Part shown: positions 1 to 11,230 of the stretch, one piece after another
Layout: every line of letters starts with the position of its first letter
How positions within the stretch are numbered: position 1 is the first letter of the stretch
Origin: Eukaryota sp. TZLM1-RC
Lineage: Eukaryota; Protista; Metamonada: BaSk clade
DNA length: 64,000 nucleotides
NCBI GenBank assembly: GCA_040285825.1
Contig: JAUPSS010000003.1
Span: forward strand, 248,001-312,000
Direction of reading: 5' to 3'
Program-made: the position numbers and the translations under genes
The notes under the pieces: model-generated
Databases searched by the model: none
The model's input: only the letters and a program-made list of their open reading frames with translations
What the model was told of the DNA's origin: nothing

Positions 1-234
1 AATTTTAGTGAACAACAATTTTTTTGAACAATAGCTGGAAGCACAGTGGCATGAGATAAGAAAGAGTGGTGATTAGACTAGCAGAAAGCAAAAACTAAGG
101 CAGGGAATTATGAGGGGGATTAGAGTCAGGGTGGCTGGTGAGGGGGATTTTTATTCACCCGAAAAGACCACCATAATAAATTTTATCTGAAGGAAATTCC
201 CCTATTTGTTAAATATAAAGCATTTTTGTTATTC

Positions 235-530
235 TGGAATGCCGAATTGCATACTCATTATGTCCTTTGTCCATTTGCGTTCTCCTTACATGGCTCTCTT
301 GGTCCAATTGCTGTATCTCTTGGTTGTTTTTTATTGAAAATGTGAAACTTGATACAGAAAGAGTTTTGATAAGACGTTTTTGTAGAACAGAATTGTAATT
401 TCAATTTTCAAAGGTGTTGTCTCCATGTTATCTCCTGCTTTCTTATCTTTTGGTCGGTTTTATGAAAGAATAACTTCCAGTCAATTTCTTTGGCTGATTT
501 GGGGTATGAAAATATAGAATTTAAAGTTTG
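235..530 (+). mobile_element. Degenerate 3' end of RLE-type non-LTR retrotransposon (family N3)
   Basis: Translates to ...HYVLCPFAFSLHGSLGPIA... and ...NRIVISIFKGV..., matching the C-terminus at 55906-56316 (NRIVFSIFKGMI); frameshifted. Confidence 0.7.
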
Positions 531-588
531 TTCTTTGGTTTTTCATTGGAATAAGTAATTTAGAATAAAGAAAGGAAAACGGGCTAAA

Positions 589-3213
589 ATGGTGAAAAAT
601 TTGGCTAACTAGGTGAAGAATGTCATCATGAATCTTCTTTTACTAAAAAGGTGAAACAACCATTCTTCTCAATAGAAACTGTTCAACTGCTTTCAGAAGA
701 ATCGATAATGAAAATAGCATCCATCTAACAGTACACAATTCATGAACAGATTTTGGGTCATTTCAATATTATTGTGATTAACCAAACAAAGAAACAAAAA
801 TATTTCAGATTTGGAACTATCAAAGATTGAAGCCAAAAAAATAATTAAAGATATGGATAATTCGAATTACACTTTGGAACAGAAAATTAGGTTCAATTAC
901 CTAAATTTCTTTTATTCAACTCTACAAAATCTTGATAATGAGCTTGGTCAAAGAAGGATTCAATTTCCAGATAATAAATCAATGAATCGAGTTTTCCACT
1001 ACACAGCCAAACAAATTGCCATTAATTATGGCAATAATCTCAGCAAATACCTTCATGAATATATGTTGCGCTGGTTAAACATTATCCCCTTGAAGAAGTT
1101 CAGACTAGAACAAATTCAGGAAAATCATTTGATGAAAGACTTATTGCCTAAACTCAACAAAGTCAGGGAAGCCATTATCGGTGTAAATTTTGATGAACTT
1201 CCTATCAATGATCACATTGTTTTTCCCTTTCCCCAGTCAGAGTTGACTTTGAAGTTTTTTGCTTATGTGAAACATTGTTTTATTCCCACTTTTATTAAGA
1301 ATAAAAATCTTTATTATACTCAATCAGCCAAGCCATTGCAATTTCTGTCTTAGGCTATATATATTAACAGAAGCATTCAATCTTTCTGTTCCCATGATGG
1401 CAATCCTTTGTCAGTGAATAATCCTTTTCCATTGACAACTACATTGATTCCACAGCGTATAAGACTCGACACTCATTGGCTCAATGAAAGATTTAGCAAG
1501 TTTCAGAGGAAGAGCAAATGACATAAGATCATCAATTTTTACCGAAATACTAACTGATAAGGTATTAGATTCTTACAAACGTGAGACTAAAAGTTGCGTT
1601 CAATTGAAATTCTCCTCAATTGTAACAGATGGGATTGCTTGTTCAGTGGTCTTAACTGGTAAAGACCTGATTGCTGGAAATGGAAATGTTTTCAAGAATT
1701 TTACTTCCAAGACGTACCCAGAACGATACATACATTCCCTGTCTGCTGAAAATGTCGAGAAGTTGAAGTTAAAAGATAAAAGAATAGTTGCCATCGACCC
1801 TAACGAGTACGATTTAATGCACTGTGTTTCTCCAAATCCTGCTGTAACTATTACCCCAGAACAAATTTCACAAAATGTGTTCTATAAAAAAGACAACTTC
1901 CAGAAATCAGAAGCAAAAAACGCAAAAGTATTAAAAGAAGAGAGAAACAATTACAAAATCTATCAATCTATTCCAACTCTGACTCTCATTGCACGGCTAA
2001 AACCCAAACACTGGTGGAACACGTACAAATATACTGCCGGTGAACGCCATTTTGACAGAAAAAGTACCAAATATCGTTCAACGGAAAAAAGAAAAAAGAA
2101 AATTGGAAAATTGGAAAGTACAATTACCTGATGGTGATTACTCAGGTCAGGATATTTTAAATCAATTTTCTTTATCTGTCTCAAACAGACAACAAAAATC
2201 TTGTTTCAGTCAACATTTTGGTCATTACATCAAGGAATTTGAGCGATACAATGTTCATATGAATATTTTTTACCAAGATGTATCGTTCAGAAAAAGAAAA
2301 TTTCAAACGTATTCGAAGTGAAAAAAACATGCTGGAAAGATTCAAATGGACCTTTGGTTCCCCTGTAGACGTAGTTATTGGTTATGGTGACTGGAGCTCG
2401 AAAGGAAATACAAGGAAGGGAAAAACGTCAACCATATGAACCGAAATTCGCAAACTATTGAGAAGATTTGGTTATAGAATTTTCCTAGTTGATGAATATA
2501 GAACGAGTAAATCTTGTTCTAGTTGTGCTGCCAAGGGAAATTTTGGAGAATGTGTCAACGATTCTAGTAATAAAGTGTTAGGTCCTAAGGGCAAACGACA
2601 ACTAAAAAGAAAAGCAAAAAAGTTACAACAGGAAATTGAACTATTTAATCAAAACAATCCTACTAGAAAAAGAGATTTTCAACAAGAATGGGGTGAACAG
2701 AAAGATTCACTAGAAGAAACAGCAAAATCAACACCGTGGGGTTTAGTGAAGTGTCAGACGTGCATCACGTAATGGAATAGAGACTTCAACTGTGCCATAA
2801 ATAAATATCCCATTATAACATCTGCAATCAACGGTGAAGGTAGACCATCCATTTTCGAGAGACCAAAAACTCAAACAAAAGATTTCGAAAATGGATCATC
2901 TACATCACAGAGAGATAAGAAAAAGAAGACTGCTGAGAAGGACAAAAAACCGAGAAGATGTGGTTTATATCGCGGAGAAGGCCACAACAAAAGAAACTGT
3001 GCATCGCAAGTTCCTGAAACAAGCACATCCTCATCGGGTGCAAAAAGAAGACTGGGAGGAACTAAAAAGAGAGTGGTCAACAAGATCTCTGTAGAAGAAA
3101 ATATCAGTCCATCTTAAACGATGTGGCAGCTCAATAGTGTCTGAAGTGGTAATGAAGAATGGATTTCCAATGTTGGTTGGAAAATGCATTTGGATTTGCC
3201 CTAGTCTTCTTTT
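589..3213 (+). mobile_element. Fanzor1-type (TnpB-like RuvC nuclease) element, family D, pseudogenised; C-terminal zinc-knuckle tail; 3' non-coding end runs to host ATG 3214
   Basis: Across frameshifts/stops: FPLTTTLIPQRIRLDT, SIVTDGIACSV, RuvC-I VAIDPN, VVIGYGDW, RuvC-II LVDEYRTSKSCSSC, WGLVKCQTC, RuvC-III WNRDFNCAIN, GRPSIFER; final stop 3115-3117. Left boundary approximate. Confidence 0.88.
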
Positions 3214-4984
3214 ATGGGCTCTTGTGTCACCAAGCCCGATAAATCCACCACATCATCGATAGCAAATACTCGTTTGTACACATCTTCTCACTTCACTGAC
3301 CTCAGATGCTCGCTCTTTCTTTCAACACTTCCGTTTGGCTGTCATTAGTATCACTGGCACTGAGTCTTCTGATGTTTCGTGTGTAAAAAATCAACTGGCC
3401 CTAGTATCTCCCAAAACTACATCTTTTTCCATTTCCTTCTCAGGACGACCTCTCTCTTTTTCGACAACATCTGCACTCTTTGATTCTATCAAGCAGATAC
3501 CATGTGATTTTTCTCTTTCTTTTGAAAACTGTGCCATAAACCAAGATGGTGGTATCATTGAGCAGATTTGCCACTCTCTTACAGGAAGTTCCCTCATTAC
3601 TTCTCTCAACCTTACTGAGAACCTACTTGGCCCCTCTCACATACTGTCTCTTTCCCAATGTCTTTCAACTAATAAATCTCTCTCCTGTTTAGTCTTATCT
3701 CTCAACCCAATAGGTCCTTCTGGATTTAAGTCACTTTCAAGGTCTTTATTTAGAAACAATACGTTAATTGAACTGAGGTTGGCAAGATGTTCTTTAACAA
3801 GTGCGGCAGTTTCTGATATTTGTGCATTAATAAAGGGTAATAAGAAACTTGAAATTCTGGATTTTAGTGAAAATCTTTTTGATAAAAAATCTGTTGAGAG
3901 GTTGATTTCCTCAATTAAAACCAATTTCTCAATCAAAACCTGTTCACTGGACGGTAATGATGTTTCGTCAAGTCTTTCTTCTACACTTTCCGCTACGATT
4001 ACACGCAATGTAGTTGTTAATCAAATAGTTTCTGACCTGGTGGAGTCGGCTCATAGTCGTTATGTGTCGCTGTCCGATTTAAAAGAACTCGAATCATTCG
4101 CTCCTGTTCAACTATCCTCGTCCACTCCTAGTTCCAACAACTGGCATTCACTTTCTCCTCTTGACACAAGCCCTCACCAATCACTCCCTTCTGTGGTAGA
4201 TTCACCTGCACCTTCACTCCCTTCATGGCTTCAGTACAGACCGTTGCCCAATCAAGTCTTAAACCTTGGCCATTCAGAAACCATTGGAAGAAGGAATGAG
4301 ATGGAAGATGCTGTCTGTATTGCGAAGAATCTTGGAGGCTTCAAACATGTGCACTATGTCGGCCTATTTGATGGTCACGGGGGTTCTTATGCCAGCGAGT
4401 ATTGTTCAAATCATTTCCATACTGTATTGTTTGAGCATTTAAAGGTTTCTAGACCTGTGATGGCTCTGAAAACAACCTTTGTTCAGGTCAATTCCATGGT
4501 GAACAAAGCCGGAATTGAAGATGGTACAACAGCTTTGATTCTATTGGTCATTGGCAATAGAAGATTTGTCGCTAATGCCGGAGATTCAAGAGCAGTTTTG
4601 TCTCGTAATTCTAAAGCCATTAGACTCTCTGTTGATCACAAACCAACTTTAACCGAGGAGGAGGAACGTATAAGGAATCTAGGAGGGTTTGTTGAAGAAG
4701 ATAGAGTACTTGGAACATTAGCGGTTTCTAGAGCTATTGGAGACTCTTTCCTTCAACCCTATGTTTCCTGCAGGCCGTATGTCTCAGTCACTGAAGTTTT
4801 ACCAGAAGATTCTTTTCTGATTTTGGCTTGCGATGGTCTTTGGGATGTTTGTACTGATGAGGAAGCAATCAAGTTGATTGCAAATGATTATGATCCAAAT
4901 CAGGCAGCTTTAAGACTGAGAGACTATGCCTTTGCTAATGGATCAAGTGACAACATTAGTATAATCGTTGCGAAATTTTCATAG
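3214..4984 (+). CDS. LRR + PP2C (PPM) protein phosphatase with N-terminal acylation motif; 34-nt intron 3272-3305
   Basis: RNI-like LRRs; PP2C motifs GRRNEMED, FDGHGG, DGTTA, NAGDSR, DHKP, AVSRAIGD, ACDGLWD, GSSDNI. Splicing GTTTGT...CACTGACCTCAG joins ATG 3214 (MGSCVTK) in frame to ORF 3335. Confidence 0.9.
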
Positions 4985-5082
4985 AAGATTTGCTTTTTTT
5001 TGCATTTTGTACCCTTTTTTGTAAATATGTATAACCAAAATAAATTACATTTAATTAGAATTTATAAATAAAAATTACAAAG

Positions 5083-6186
5083 CTAATGACCTAAAGACTT
5101 TAACATTTCTGCTTGCTCATGAACAGTTCCTTGCAAACGAGCGATTTCATTTCTTAGTGCATAAACTTCGCTTTTCAGAACTTGTTCTCTTCTCAAAGAC
5201 TCATCCTCAGATACTTCTAGCTCACGTTTAAGGTCTTCAACGTCCAGTTCCAATTGTTGAATGTCACTCTTGAACTTCCTTGTAGAAGCATTCTGCGCCT
5301 TCTTAAGAACATCAGTTTTTCTAAGGAGATTTTCAATTTCTTCTTCTTTTTCAAGAATTTCAGCATCTTTCTGTTCACAAATTAACTTGAATCTATTAAG
5401 TTCATTTTCCAAAAGCTCATATAGTTCCAAAGGAACCATATCCCCATTATGATGCTCCTCATTTACAATATTACTACGTACAATTTCGTCAGCTTTGGAT
5501 TGTAATGGTAACAGCACATCTCCCTTCATTTCCCTAATAGTAGAAGCAACCCCTTCTAGCTTGGACATTAAAATTCTGATCCGTTTATCCTGAGATTTAA
5601 TAGTTTTCTGCTGTTGATCTCGCGTGTCCTTGTGTCTCTTCACTTCAGATTCAAGTAACTTTTTTTCACGTTCAAGGCTCTTGAAAGACGTTGGACCCTC
5701 TCCTGTATCCAGAGAGGTTTGAAGTTTGAGAATTTCTTCATCTTTACGTTGTTGTACACGGAGTAGAGTCTTTTTTTCGAGTGCAAGTTCTTGAAGTTGC
5801 CTATCTCGGTCTTTTAACTGGTTGTTTAATTGGGTGATGACATCCTGGGGAGTAGTTTCAATATCGTTGATCTTGGAGGAGAGATCTTCAATAGCTTGGG
5901 TTTTGGCTTTCTCTATGCGGGACAGGGTTCGGTTTTCGTGTTTGAAGCGTTCAAGTTCATTTTCAAGACTCTTTATTGTGTTTTGAAGCTTAGTAACTTC
6001 GTGATTGGGATCGCTGGAGTTGTCTACACGGTCACGAAGTTGTGAGAGTTCCTTTTGATAGATACGGGATTCTTTGCGGAGCATTTTGGTCTGTTCTTGA
6101 GAGGCTGAAAGTTCAGAATTCTTGAGTTTCAGTTGTGACTCAAGCTCCTTGATGCGTTCTGCAGCGTCCAGGGCAGATGCTGTCAT
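5083..6186 (-). CDS. Coiled-coil protein resembling microtubule-associated protein MAP70
   Basis: 367 aa; ENRTLSRIEKAKTQAI and DMVPLELYELLENEL...EKEEEIENLLRKTDVLKKA recall MAP70 conserved blocks (from memory). Confidence 0.65.
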   Translation of the reverse strand: MTASALDAAERIKELESQLKLKNSELSASQEQTKMLRKESRIYQKELSQLRDRVDNSSDPNHEVTKLQNTIKSLENELERFKHENRTLSRIEKAKTQAIEDLSSKINDIETTPQDVITQLNNQLKDRDRQLQELALEKKTLLRVQQRKDEEILKLQTSLDTGEGPTSFKSLEREKKLLESEVKRHKDTRDQQQKTIKSQDKRIRILMSKLEGVASTIREMKGDVLLPLQSKADEIVRSNIVNEEHHNGDMVPLELYELLENELNRFKLICEQKDAEILEKEEEIENLLRKTDVLKKAQNASTRKFKSDIQQLELDVEDLKRELEVSEDESLRREQVLKSEVYALRNEIARLQGTVHEQAEMLKSLGH

Positions 6187-6212
6187 TCTTACAGGTATTA
6201 TCTATAACAATG
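6184..6212 (-). promoter_or_regulatory. Remnant of Fanzor family C right end abutting ATG
   Basis: cattgttatagataatacctgtaagaATG: 21/26 identical, ungapped, to 58327-58352, with the ATG in the same register. Confidence 0.8.
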
Positions 6213-7464
6213 TGTGTAGTCAAAATGGATTTTCTTTTTTTTTGATAGAATAAAATCCAGTTAAGCGAATCGTTTGAAAGACGTTCAGTTGGTTCGTTCG
6301 AAACGACCCATCACTGTTTTAATTGTTCACTTTATACATATACAAAGACAGTTTTCAATAAGTAATTTGAATAGGTCCTGAAAACAGGCTTAAGTGGTTT
6401 GAGACGATCTCGATTTTCAGTGACTATCCTTCCCTTGTTGAAATCTTGTTGGTACACTATTGAAATGAATAAATTTCATGAATACAATTGTAGAATAATG
6501 TTTAACGGTGTGACTCAGAACTTCTATTGCCCACTTTGTGATTTTGCGTCTATGCGACGCATTTTTGCTTCCCAGCTGATACTTTATCTTTCAATTGCGA
6601 TGACCTTGGTTTTATGCTTATAAACTGGAAGAGAGAACATCACTTCATGAATTAAACAAATTTTTTATTTCAGTGTTCATTATGTTGTAGACAGAACCTA
6701 CATTGAATTTCGGTCGGCTGATCCACATTGGTTTGAAGTTAATAGTTTATTGCATAAATAGCCGGAAATTATTTTATGTCCGACTCAAAAACTATTGAGT
6801 ATTAATTTTTTGTCCCAAACCCTATTGTCTACTTCTGCAATTGGCAGATGTCCTGATTCATTCTTACTCGTATCTATGACTAGGTCTTCTCTTTCACGAA
6901 AATTTATGTTTCACAAATATTGCAGACATGTGGACGAGGAGGGAGAGGAGGGCGACGCTCACAGTACTGTATACTGAATGACTAGCTAACTTCACAAAAA
7001 CCTCAATTCAAACCTGAATACCCTATGGTTCTTTTTTTTGAATGTAGAATGTTTAAACAATGCGTAAGGTCTCCAGAAGTAGAGAAGGTTCTCAAGGGGA
7101 AAATGGTGATGCTGTATTTGTTTTAATTTATTTTCAGAAAAACTTACACTTTATTTTACTAAATCAGTTACCTTTCACAATCTGGATTACTAATTATTTA
7201 TTATCGTTGCTTGGACTTGCAAATATTTCTTTCAATCTGGAATAATACTAATAATTATAGATGTATTTCTGAAAACTGCTGGGACGAGCTAAACTAGTTC
7301 AATCAACGATCCGCTGAACGTTTGGATTTCTGGTACTGGCTCAATTACTATCGTTGCTAAATGGAGATTCATTCCTTTTGTAAAAAAACAAATATTCACC
7401 AACGAATTCACATTATGTGATTAAATTAAAAAGTGATAAAAATGTACGGGAGCAAGAGTTGAAA

Positions 7465-7932
7465 CAAATTTCGAAGAAAACATGAAAAATTAGAATTTTG
7501 CTGCAAGGAAAAAACAACTCTTCTCTTTCTATTGGAGCTTTTAGCTAAACAGAAATTAGAGTCATGAATTTAACAAGATTCATGGAGACAGAGAGGGTTG
7601 AAGCAAAATGGATTAATGAATTTGAATATATATTTGGAGATCCAAAAAATAACATTGTAGTGATTGATGATTGGAAACAAATAAATTTTAGACGTCAAGC
7701 ACCTGTACAGAATGTTGGTTATAAAAATTTGTTCAAAATATGTAACTTCCGTCTATTGCTCTTGGATGAATAAAGAACTAGTTGTCGATGTCTTGCATGT
7801 GTACTCAAGGGAAAAGAATGCCAAAATGAAAAGAGACATCGAGTACCTAATCCAAAACCTTATAGGAGAGCAAAGACTCCAACAGTCTCAGACAAGGAAT
7901 ACTCACTTACCAGAAGTCGATGTCTATGGAAT
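7465..7932 (+). mobile_element. Fanzor family B internal fragment (pseudogene)
   Basis: Highly similar to 17165-17640; FGDPKNNIVVIDDWKQ, LLLLDE*RTSCRC, VPNPKPYRRAK. Confidence 0.85.
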
Positions 7933-8433
7933 TTTATTGTCAAGCATAAAGCTCCAATAATAGTAATAGCAATAATTTGTTAATGAATTAAATAATTTCG
8001 AATCTGAAAAGGAATTTAAATTTGGTTTAAATAGTTTTAACGTGTTGATGACTTTCAATCATAAACAAAAATTACTTTTGATGTTACCATAGTTAGAGGT
8101 TACGGTAATAATTGGAATAATGCGTTTTCGAAAGCTCAATCAGATAAGATGTAAAAATATTCGATTTTAAAAAAATTTAATTTAATTGAAGAAATTGTAC
8201 TTCTCGTTTTGAGTGTTCATGGATTTTTTGAAACTAAAACTAAAGTAATTTTTGACCAATTTGGTTGGAATGAGTTAGCAGATGAAATAAGTCGCTTCAT
8301 TTTGAAGAATAGCTTTAAATGCCAAAGTGCTTTTAATTAAATTCTTCAAAAGACAAGAGAAGAAAGTCAGTGTTGGTAGATAGTGTTATTTTGGTTTTCA
8401 AATGGTTTCACATCAATTTAAAAAGCAAACAGT

Positions 8434-8503
8434 TCTTGATTCATTTCATCCTGCAGAATTCTTACCAGGTCACAACTATTTGACCTTTCTGTTCCATCAC
8501 CCG
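8434..8503 (+). promoter_or_regulatory. Degenerate Fanzor family B right end abutting SKA3-like ATG
   Basis: 17-nt exact match tcttgattcatttcatc to 17725, plus 26/36 ungapped identity over the last 36 nt before the ATG with 17765-17800. Confidence 0.8.
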
Positions 8504-9418
8504 ATGTCTTCCCAAAACCCTATAGGCATATTCTTTGATTCTCTCCGAGTACTATCCAAGTCTGTCAATGATAGGGTCACAGAGCTGAAACAAGTGTATG
8601 AAGGTGTCTCTGATCTTTGTTCCTCTAAATCACCCTTATATGAACTGAAGTCCAAAGTCATTAGTCTCAATGAATCTATAGACAAGGTATCAAGTGTTGT
8701 TTTCCAGGATCCTCTTTCCGACATCTTTGACGGTATTCTTCAGCTCTGTACATCCACCGACCAATCCATTTCATTTATTTCAAGTCAGCTCACTGATCAC
8801 GACTTACCTCCCCCTCCTGAATTTCAGCTTCCTAACCAACAGTCCAATCCTTCTTCTGATGCACAACACTCTGATTCTGACCATTATTTTGATCCTCCCA
8901 CTCCTTGCATCCCTTCCACTCCCAGTCATAACCAACCTTCCCCGGCTGCTCAAATCGAAACTCCTACCCTTGATGACCTTGGTCTTTCTGATCTTGCCAT
9001 TGGGGCTATTGACGGAAATACAAGCTCATCACTGCCCTCTCAACCTCTACAACTAAACATTGAAGCTTCCCTTTCTCAAGGTACTTCAAATTCCATCACA
9101 AACAATGAATCTCAATTAAATTGTTTGGATCATGTAAGTGATGTTGAATACGACACTCTACCATCATTTGTTAGGTCTTGCGTGGACTTGAATCAAGTCA
9201 ATGAAGCTATAATTAACCTTAATGCATCAATTGGTGATTCAATATTCCAGTCACGATCTTTTTTACCTTCTCAAATGTCAATGAGACAGTTGATGGAAGC
9301 AGCATCAATTGAAGAACATCAAAGCAACGCCAAGATCTTGGTTTTAGCACTTGTGAAGCTGAACAGGATTCATTCACGGAATGAATCTGGCACTGTTTTA
9401 TATATTTTAAATAATTGA
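8504..9418 (+). CDS. Spindle and kinetochore-associated protein, SKA3-like
   Basis: N-term PIGIFFDSLRVLSKSV, ETPTLDDLGLS motif and C-terminal SKA-type domain (VSDVEYDTLPSFVR...LALVKLNRI); true start taken as MSSQNP at 8504. Confidence 0.65.
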   Translation: MSSQNPIGIFFDSLRVLSKSVNDRVTELKQVYEGVSDLCSSKSPLYELKSKVISLNESIDKVSSVVFQDPLSDIFDGILQLCTSTDQSISFISSQLTDHDLPPPPEFQLPNQQSNPSSDAQHSDSDHYFDPPTPCIPSTPSHNQPSPAAQIETPTLDDLGLSDLAIGAIDGNTSSSLPSQPLQLNIEASLSQGTSNSITNNESQLNCLDHVSDVEYDTLPSFVRSCVDLNQVNEAIINLNASIGDSIFQSRSFLPSQMSMRQLMEAASIEEHQSNAKILVLALVKLNRIHSRNESGTVLYILNN

Positions 9419-9423
9419 GTTAA

Positions 9424-10992
9424 TTAATTTACAATTTTATTTTTTAATTGGTCTATAAATAGATCGTCAGCTTTCCACAAATCATCTATATTTTCACTAA
9501 CTAATTCTGTATTGTCTTCTATTGTTAAACCTTGTGGTTGATTACATTCCACTTTTATAGGTAGATCATTAATTAAAGATTCAACAATTTCCTGAATAAA
9601 CTGTTTTTCTTTTCTCCCTTCAATTAATTGTCTAATTAATTTGGTAGAAGAACTATCTTGAAAAGCACCAACTGCCCAATTGATTTCAACTATCATTTCC
9701 TCTTGGAGTGCGGGTAGAACAGAAATTTTCCATTCACTGTTGAAAATACCATAGAAATCTCCCTTAATAATAAAATCAACTTTCACGTTTTCATTAGGAA
9801 GTAATACTGAATTTGAATTGAAACACAATACATTTGCATTTGGTTCTGCTTGAGTTAATAGAACATTGACACTTTCTGCAGAGTTATTGGTTATAATTAT
9901 TGACTCAACTCTTCGGTTAAGCCCTGGAGCACCAGAATAAAGGAAGGTGGATATATGATCACGTGATAAATCAATAACAGGTTTTGAACTGTTGACAGGA
10001 GTAAAAGATTGATTGTTTTTTAGAGTTTTCTCAACCTGTGTTTGGATACTATGAACATTAAAAGACTTTTCTTGAGTTTTTGAATTCTTGACTTCTTCAT
10101 CATCAGAGAGGTCTTCATTTTGTAAATTCAAAAGAAACAAATCAAATTCCCGGGTAATTTTTTCCTCAGTTAGTAGTCCTTCTCCTGACAAAACAAGACT
10201 ATCAAAGTCTGGTTCGTGAGGTACGACAGACCTTATACGACTTTTCAATTCAATCCTTCTTGTCTGAGCATAATCTGATTGGTCAAACGATTTTTTCTCC
10301 TTTTTGACCTTTTTACCAGGCCTTCTAACCATTTCAATAGGTTTTGGTTTCGTTTGCTGTACAATTGGGCAGTAAAGACAAGAGAAGGGATTACTGGAGA
10401 TTGGAACAAAATTTGTCCCTCCACCCCTTAAAGACGCCTGCCAAGAAGACTCATCATAATGGGATCGGGGTTGGGCTCGGGAGAAGATCGCCCTTTGTTC
10501 AGTACGTTCCCTAAAAGCATCAGACCGTGAAATCACCAGCTGATCGGTTGGTACCTTTAATTTAGAAGCCAAATGAATTTTGAACTTGTCCCATATACGC
10601 TGAGTTTTGTGGTAATGGTCCAGTGCTCTTTGCTCTCGCAACAGTCGGGTTCTTTCAGATGGATCTAGTGTGGAGAGAAAAGCTTCTTCGGCATCGTGAG
10701 CATTTTCAATATTGTCTTTGATGGTCTTAATGGTTGTAGCAAGGTCAGGTAGAGAATGCGCTTTGGAAGCAGTGTTGTTGGTACCTGTGAAGGTGGAAAA
10801 TGAGAGCTGTGTAGTGGCTGTTTGGTTGTCAAGAGTAGTAATTGTATTCGCAATTGAAGAACGTTGAAGACGTTCGGGTAATGGACCATAGGTTTGTTCC
10901 TTTTGTGTAATAAGAGTGTTACGGTGAGAATCATTGAACTCTTCAATACTACCAAGAAGAGTCGTGTCGTTCAATTCTGAAGGAACAGACAT
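9424..10992 (-). CDS. MYCBP-associated protein-like (ciliary)
   Basis: REQRALDHYHKTQRIWDKFKIHLASKLKVPTDQLVISRSDAFRERTE segment followed by an Ig/ASH-like domain. Confidence 0.7.
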   Translation of the reverse strand: MSVPSELNDTTLLGSIEEFNDSHRNTLITQKEQTYGPLPERLQRSSIANTITTLDNQTATTQLSFSTFTGTNNTASKAHSLPDLATTIKTIKDNIENAHDAEEAFLSTLDPSERTRLLREQRALDHYHKTQRIWDKFKIHLASKLKVPTDQLVISRSDAFRERTEQRAIFSRAQPRSHYDESSWQASLRGGGTNFVPISSNPFSCLYCPIVQQTKPKPIEMVRRPGKKVKKEKKSFDQSDYAQTRRIELKSRIRSVVPHEPDFDSLVLSGEGLLTEEKITREFDLFLLNLQNEDLSDDEEVKNSKTQEKSFNVHSIQTQVEKTLKNNQSFTPVNSSKPVIDLSRDHISTFLYSGAPGLNRRVESIIITNNSAESVNVLLTQAEPNANVLCFNSNSVLLPNENVKVDFIIKGDFYGIFNSEWKISVLPALQEEMIVEINWAVGAFQDSSSTKLIRQLIEGRKEKQFIQEIVESLINDLPIKVECNQPQGLTIEDNTELVSENIDDLWKADDLFIDQLKNKIVN

Positions 10993-11067
10993 GCGATCTC
11001 CACAAAACTCAACTGAAGTTTGGAATTCAAATTCTCAAAACTAATGTTCTTACATCATCATAAGGGT

Positions 11068-11230
11068 GAATTTCTATCAAAACGCACTTCTGGCTTTTGA
11101 CCAATTCATGCAATCTTGATAGACGTTAAGCTTACTTTCGTTCTATCACTATATGATGTCACGATCAAATGATAGTTAAAGCAGCAACATCACAATACGC
11201 GTACAGGTACGCAATACATGGAAAAACACT
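11068..11230 (-). ncRNA. Putative omegaRNA scaffold of Fanzor family A
   Basis: Conserved non-coding tail with hairpins gcgta-cctg-tacgc and tctatcaa...ttgataga; identity to the second copy stops sharply after gatagaaattc. Confidence 0.65.

Noticed and set aside
8402-8503. N-terminal ORF extensions at 8402, 60629 and 62532
   Set aside because: They run through TE-derived sequence; family similarity (SKA3, FOPNL) or the element boundary (EXS) points to the later ATGs 8504, 62757 and 60527.
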